Virus record (IMG/VR): IMGVR_UViG_3300038621_000255 | Span: 1-63,256 of that record | Direction: 5' to 3' (one strand) | Source: a virus | Lineage: Duplodnaviria; Caudoviricetes | DNA: 63,256 nt | Part shown: in pieces, positions 59,793-63,256 of the stretch | How the letters are laid out: each line of letters begins with the position of its first letter | How positions within the stretch are numbered: position 1 is the stretch's first letter | The notes under the pieces: model-generated | The model's database searches: none | Seen by the model: the letters and a program-made list of their open reading frames with translations, nothing else | Told to the model about the DNA's origin: nothing | Translations under genes and position numbers: made by a program

Positions 59793-60254
59793 ATGAAACT
59801 ACGCGAACTGAAAAACCAAATTTACACCCTTACCGAAACTAGCAACACAAAAGAATTAAAACAATACTTAGCCAATCACTATCCCAACCTCCCCAAGATG
59901 GACTTTCGGAGGAAATCCACCTGGGAGACCTTGAAGCAAGCCCTTGAAGCGATCGCGCCCACCAAAGAGGAATCGCATAAGGTTGATGAAACTACCACCG
60001 ACAATCTAGAGGAGCAAATCCTAAATACCCTAAAAACCCAAGGTGATTTCCAGCCTATTCCAGAGGTCCGGAAGAACTTAGGGTTACCACGGGAAGCATT
60101 AAAAAGCCTCCACGAGGCAATCTTCCATCTACAGCGTCAAGATAAAATACAAACGGTAACGCTACAGGATGCTTGGGAATATACCCCCGATCAGCAGGAA
60201 GAGGGTATAGACAATGGGTTCGGACCTATTGAATTTTTCCTAGAGCTTGCATAA
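59793..60254 (+). CDS. Hypothetical cassette protein, possible winged-helix C-terminus
   Basis: Same promoter/RBS as 58881 gene; LQRQDKIQ..LQD..YTPDQ..GI pattern. Confidence 0.75.
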   Translation: MKLRELKNQIYTLTETSNTKELKQYLANHYPNLPKMDFRRKSTWETLKQALEAIAPTKEESHKVDETTTDNLEEQILNTLKTQGDFQPIPEVRKNLGLPREALKSLHEAIFHLQRQDKIQTVTLQDAWEYTPDQQEEGIDNGFGPIEFFLELA

Positions 60255-60548
60255 CCTTTGAAAACTTTTCTAGGGGTATTTTAGGGCTCTGAGAGAATAG
60301 ACAGTTAACCGCCCAACAACTTATTCCCCTTCATGATCTACGCTAGGAGTTTAGGACAAAGGGTAGTCCGTAACTCCTAAAATTTGAGGGTGAATTGGCT
60401 TTGGTTGGGTTTGTGGTGCGATTGCCTATGGTGCATTAGGAAATGGCTAGAATGCCCTTAAATTTTAGCTCTATGCGCATGCGCGCACGCCGGCGCGCTA
60501 TATAAATTTAGGAATGCGCATGCGCGCGTGCGCATTGGTGCCGCCCTC

Positions 60549-60753
60549 GTCGGTTAAGCGGCGGAAGATTGCCAAAGGGTCAAAAGTTGACATGCCTTAC
60601 CCACCTTAAACCCAGTCACAGCAAGGGTTTTAGAGATTGATAGTCTACGAGGGGGTAAAGACCTATAATCGTTGAGATACCTTAACCATAGGGGTTTCAG
60701 CCGCCAATTTAATGACCGAGTTAGTACATTTTTCGATCCTCTGGTCACCCGAC
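60549..60753 (+). repeat. ~210-bp cassette repeat, copy 3
   Basis: Direct repeat of copy 1. Confidence 0.93.
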
Positions 60754-60865
60754 TGCCGCCAAGTCCTTGGTTTAGGATATCTGGAACAAATTCTGAAAAC
60801 CCATTGACAGTACACAGTAGGTTTGCTATTCTAAGAATAGTCGTTATAAACCCAAAGCAAAACCC

Positions 60866-61054
60866 ATGCAAAACAACACCAACCAAACCCCATTCCCAGA
60901 TCTCTCCCTGGAGGATCTGGAAGCATCAGAGCAAATGCTCTGGAATTCCTTAAACAAAATCGATGCCGCCGCCGGCATTGATAAAAGTCACACTTACGAA
61001 ACCTGGAAGGAAATCAATAATATTTCCCAGGATATCAGAATCGAGGATCTATAG
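60866..61054 (+). CDS. Small acidic cassette protein
   Basis: Promoter at 60804. Confidence 0.6.
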   Translation: MQNNTNQTPFPDLSLEDLEASEQMLWNSLNKIDAAAGIDKSHTYETWKEINNISQDIRIEDL

Positions 61055-61137
61055 TGGGACAAGGGGGTCCGCACCGATTGTTCGGAATTTTCTCAAATCG
61101 AAAATCAAGCCGTATCTCAGTCGGCAGGAGCTACAAT

Positions 61138-61647
61138 ATGAGTGAAGAAATGTCACCTCAAGAGCTACAAGATGCCATCCAACAAGTAGTTGAGGCAGAA
61201 ACGGAGAATTTTGCCGAGTTAGCTCAAATAGCAGGATTAGATATCAAACAGGACTTTGCTGAAGCGGATTTAAATGGGATTAATTTAAGCGGTGCAAATC
61301 TTAGCAAGGCTAATCTGAGTGGTGCCAATTTGAGTGAATCCTATCTAATTGAAACTAACCCTTCCCAAACAAAGAGCAAACCAATTAGTCAGAGAGGCGA
61401 AATTATGAAAACTATTCAACTAAGAAACGAGATTCAGGTTCAGCCAAATGTTGATAGAGGGCAAATTGTGAGCGCTCTTAACAATGAAGTAGGCAACAAT
61501 GGTTGGTTCGAGGCAATTGAGAATTACTTTATTGAATATCCAGATATTGAAATAATCTTGGAACTGGATAGCACCCAAACATGGGTTCCTATGCCGGAGA
61601 ATTGGGGTGATATTTTCTTCGATGAGAGCTTAAATCAATGGGTATAG
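61138..61647 (+). CDS. Protein with truncated pentapeptide repeat, probably chimeric
   Basis: ADLNG INLSG ANLSK ANLSG ANLSE; GGAG RBS before ATG 61138. Confidence 0.65.
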   Translation: MSEEMSPQELQDAIQQVVEAETENFAELAQIAGLDIKQDFAEADLNGINLSGANLSKANLSGANLSESYLIETNPSQTKSKPISQRGEIMKTIQLRNEIQVQPNVDRGQIVSALNNEVGNNGWFEAIENYFIEYPDIEIILELDSTQTWVPMPENWGDIFFDESLNQWV

Positions 61648-61714
61648 AATAATAATCCCTTCCCGCCCCCAGCCCTTGCTGGGGCTTTCTGTCGTTATTT
61701 TCGCCAACTGAACA

Positions 61715-62950
61715 ATGCTAGCCCAACAACAAAAACAAGAATTTCCCACCCAGGCGACAGTCGCCAATCCGGTTTTTTACCGTACCTATAGCCGCCGCCA
61801 AGGCAATACCCACCGTGAGACTTGGCAGCAGGTGTGCGATCGCACAATTAACGGTTTGGTAAAACTCGGCAAGCTCAGCGACAAAGAAGCCAACCTTGTT
61901 CGCCAAAAATTAGAAAATTTCCAATCCCTCCCCTCCGGTCGTTGGTTGTGGGTCGGTGGCACCAAGTGGGTAGAGCAGCCGGAAAATTACCCCGGTGCTT
62001 ACAACTGCACTAGCACTAATGTGAGCGACTGGAGAGCCTTTGGGTTAATGATGAACCTGGCGATGCAGGGGTGTGGCACCGGTGCTAACTTAGAACCCCA
62101 GCACATCAATCAACTACCAACCATCTGCAATTACCTCCAAGTGGATGTTATGGGTGAGTTTGGTTCTGTTCCCAAGGAAAACCGGTGCGAGCAGACGCAG
62201 GTAGATCGCACCGGTGCCAATAGTTTCCAATTAACTGTTGGCGATTCAAGGCAAGGTTGGGTAGATGCATACACTTGGATTTTGGAAATATCATCGAATT
62301 CTGACCACGCCGGTTCCTTGGGATTTCCCGGTGAGGTAAGAGTAGAGGTAGATATCAGCCACGTTCGTCCCGCTGGTCAACCCCTGAAAGGATTTGGTGG
62401 CGTTGCCAATCCCACCAAGCTCCCCGGTCTGTTTACCCGCTGCGCAGATATTTTGAATGGTGCCGTAGGTAGGAAGTTGAACGAGCAAGAGTGCTGTTTG
62501 TTGATCGATGAGGCTGCTATTGTAGTTGTGGCAGGAAATATTCGTCGTACAGCGGGCATTCGTCAATTCCCTGCCAACTCCCCTCTGTACAAGATGAACT
62601 TGTGGCAACAAGGGGAAGATGGCAACTGGCGGATCGATCCCCAGCGAGATGCCCTGCGTATGGCGAACCACACCAGAGTTTACCATGGCAAGCCCAGTCG
62701 GGAAGGATGCATCGATGCGGTACGCAAGCAATTTTATTCTGGGGAAGGTGCCATTCAGTATGCACCAGAAGCGATCGCCCGCAGTAACGCGGATATTCTC
62801 GATCGACCAGAAATCAAACGAGAATTCTTAGAAATCTATAATTCTTTGGGCGTGGGAGAAGCCAAAAACTGGTTGCGGACCAACTATCCGCAGATGTCAG
62901 ATCGCGAAATCGAGCATCGCCTGCAGCGATATGGTCTCAACCCTTGCGGT
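61715..62950 (+). CDS. nrdJ: Class II ribonucleotide reductase, exon 1
   Basis: RTYSR, PSGRWLW, YNC, VAGNIRR, GLNPCG. Confidence 0.95.
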
Positions 62951-63185
62951 ATCCTTTAATTTTGCCGCCCCTGGCAGCAATGTCAGGTGCCAAAGTGGGT
63001 GAATTGCCGGAACCCCTAACGCAAAAGGCGAGGGCAATCGGCAGCCAAGCTAGCCGGGGCTTCGGTCGGCTAGAAGGTTCAGAGACTAGAGGGTGAGTCC
63101 CAACAATAATCCCTCCACGAGCGCCCACTATCCCGAACGGGGATGAAGAGATAGTCCAATCCTGTAGGAAACTACAGATGTGATG
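62951..63185 (+). ncRNA. Group I intron (235 nt, no ORF)
   Basis: P AATTGCCGGAAC, Q AATCGGCAGC, R TCAGAGACTA (63079), S AAGAGATAGTCC (63146); U before and G at end; removal restores NPCG-EII. Confidence 0.93.
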
Positions 63186-63256
63186 GAAATCATTGGATCG
63201 AATTTCTTCTGTAATTTAAGCGAAGTACACCTTAACCAAATCGACCCTAACAACGA
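63186..63256 (+). CDS. nrdJ: nrdJ exon 2 (runs off window)
   Basis: EIIGSNFFCNLSEVHLNQIDPNN. Confidence 0.92.

Noticed and set aside
58561-60886. Minus-strand ORFs 58561-58752, 59579-59794 and 60554-60886 as a gene family
   Set aside because: They only read through the repeat block; frames and stops differ between copies
62951-63185. nrdJ pseudogene or intein
   Set aside because: The insert has an immediate stop, is not a multiple of three, and carries group I RNA elements

Overview
This window is a near-complete, probably circular ~63 kb genome of a contractile-tailed (Mu/P2-like morphogenesis) cyanophage. The host is inferred from roughly 30 HIP1 (GCGATCGC) sites and cyanobacterial-type genes. 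No integrase is visible, so a phage-plasmid lifestyle is plausible. Both ends fall inside a class II ribonucleotide reductase gene (nrdJ), whose catalytic NPC-GE motif is split by a 235-nt group I intron. The element carries a bacterial-style replisome: beta clamp, DnaX, HolA, a giant primase-helicase with a dead RNase H-like insert, an SSB-like protein, an SF2 helicase and a PolA with unusual active-site residues. It also encodes nucleotide/cofactor genes (NrdJ, PduO-like adenosyltransferase, thymidylate synthase, dCMP deaminase), a Dam-type methylase, a CurT/CAAD-like thylakoid protein, and an HTH-membrane-FtsK/HerA ATPase operon with GTAAC iterons. Non-coding structure is rich: four ATTAC-rich palindromic loci at module boundaries (two share a perfect 104-bp inverted repeat around 24.7 kb), a promoter-gene cassette array built on a ~210-bp repeat, and three copies of an RBS-proximal pseudoknot. 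The virion genes are scattered over five blocks. All protein calls come from motif recognition by eye, without database searches.
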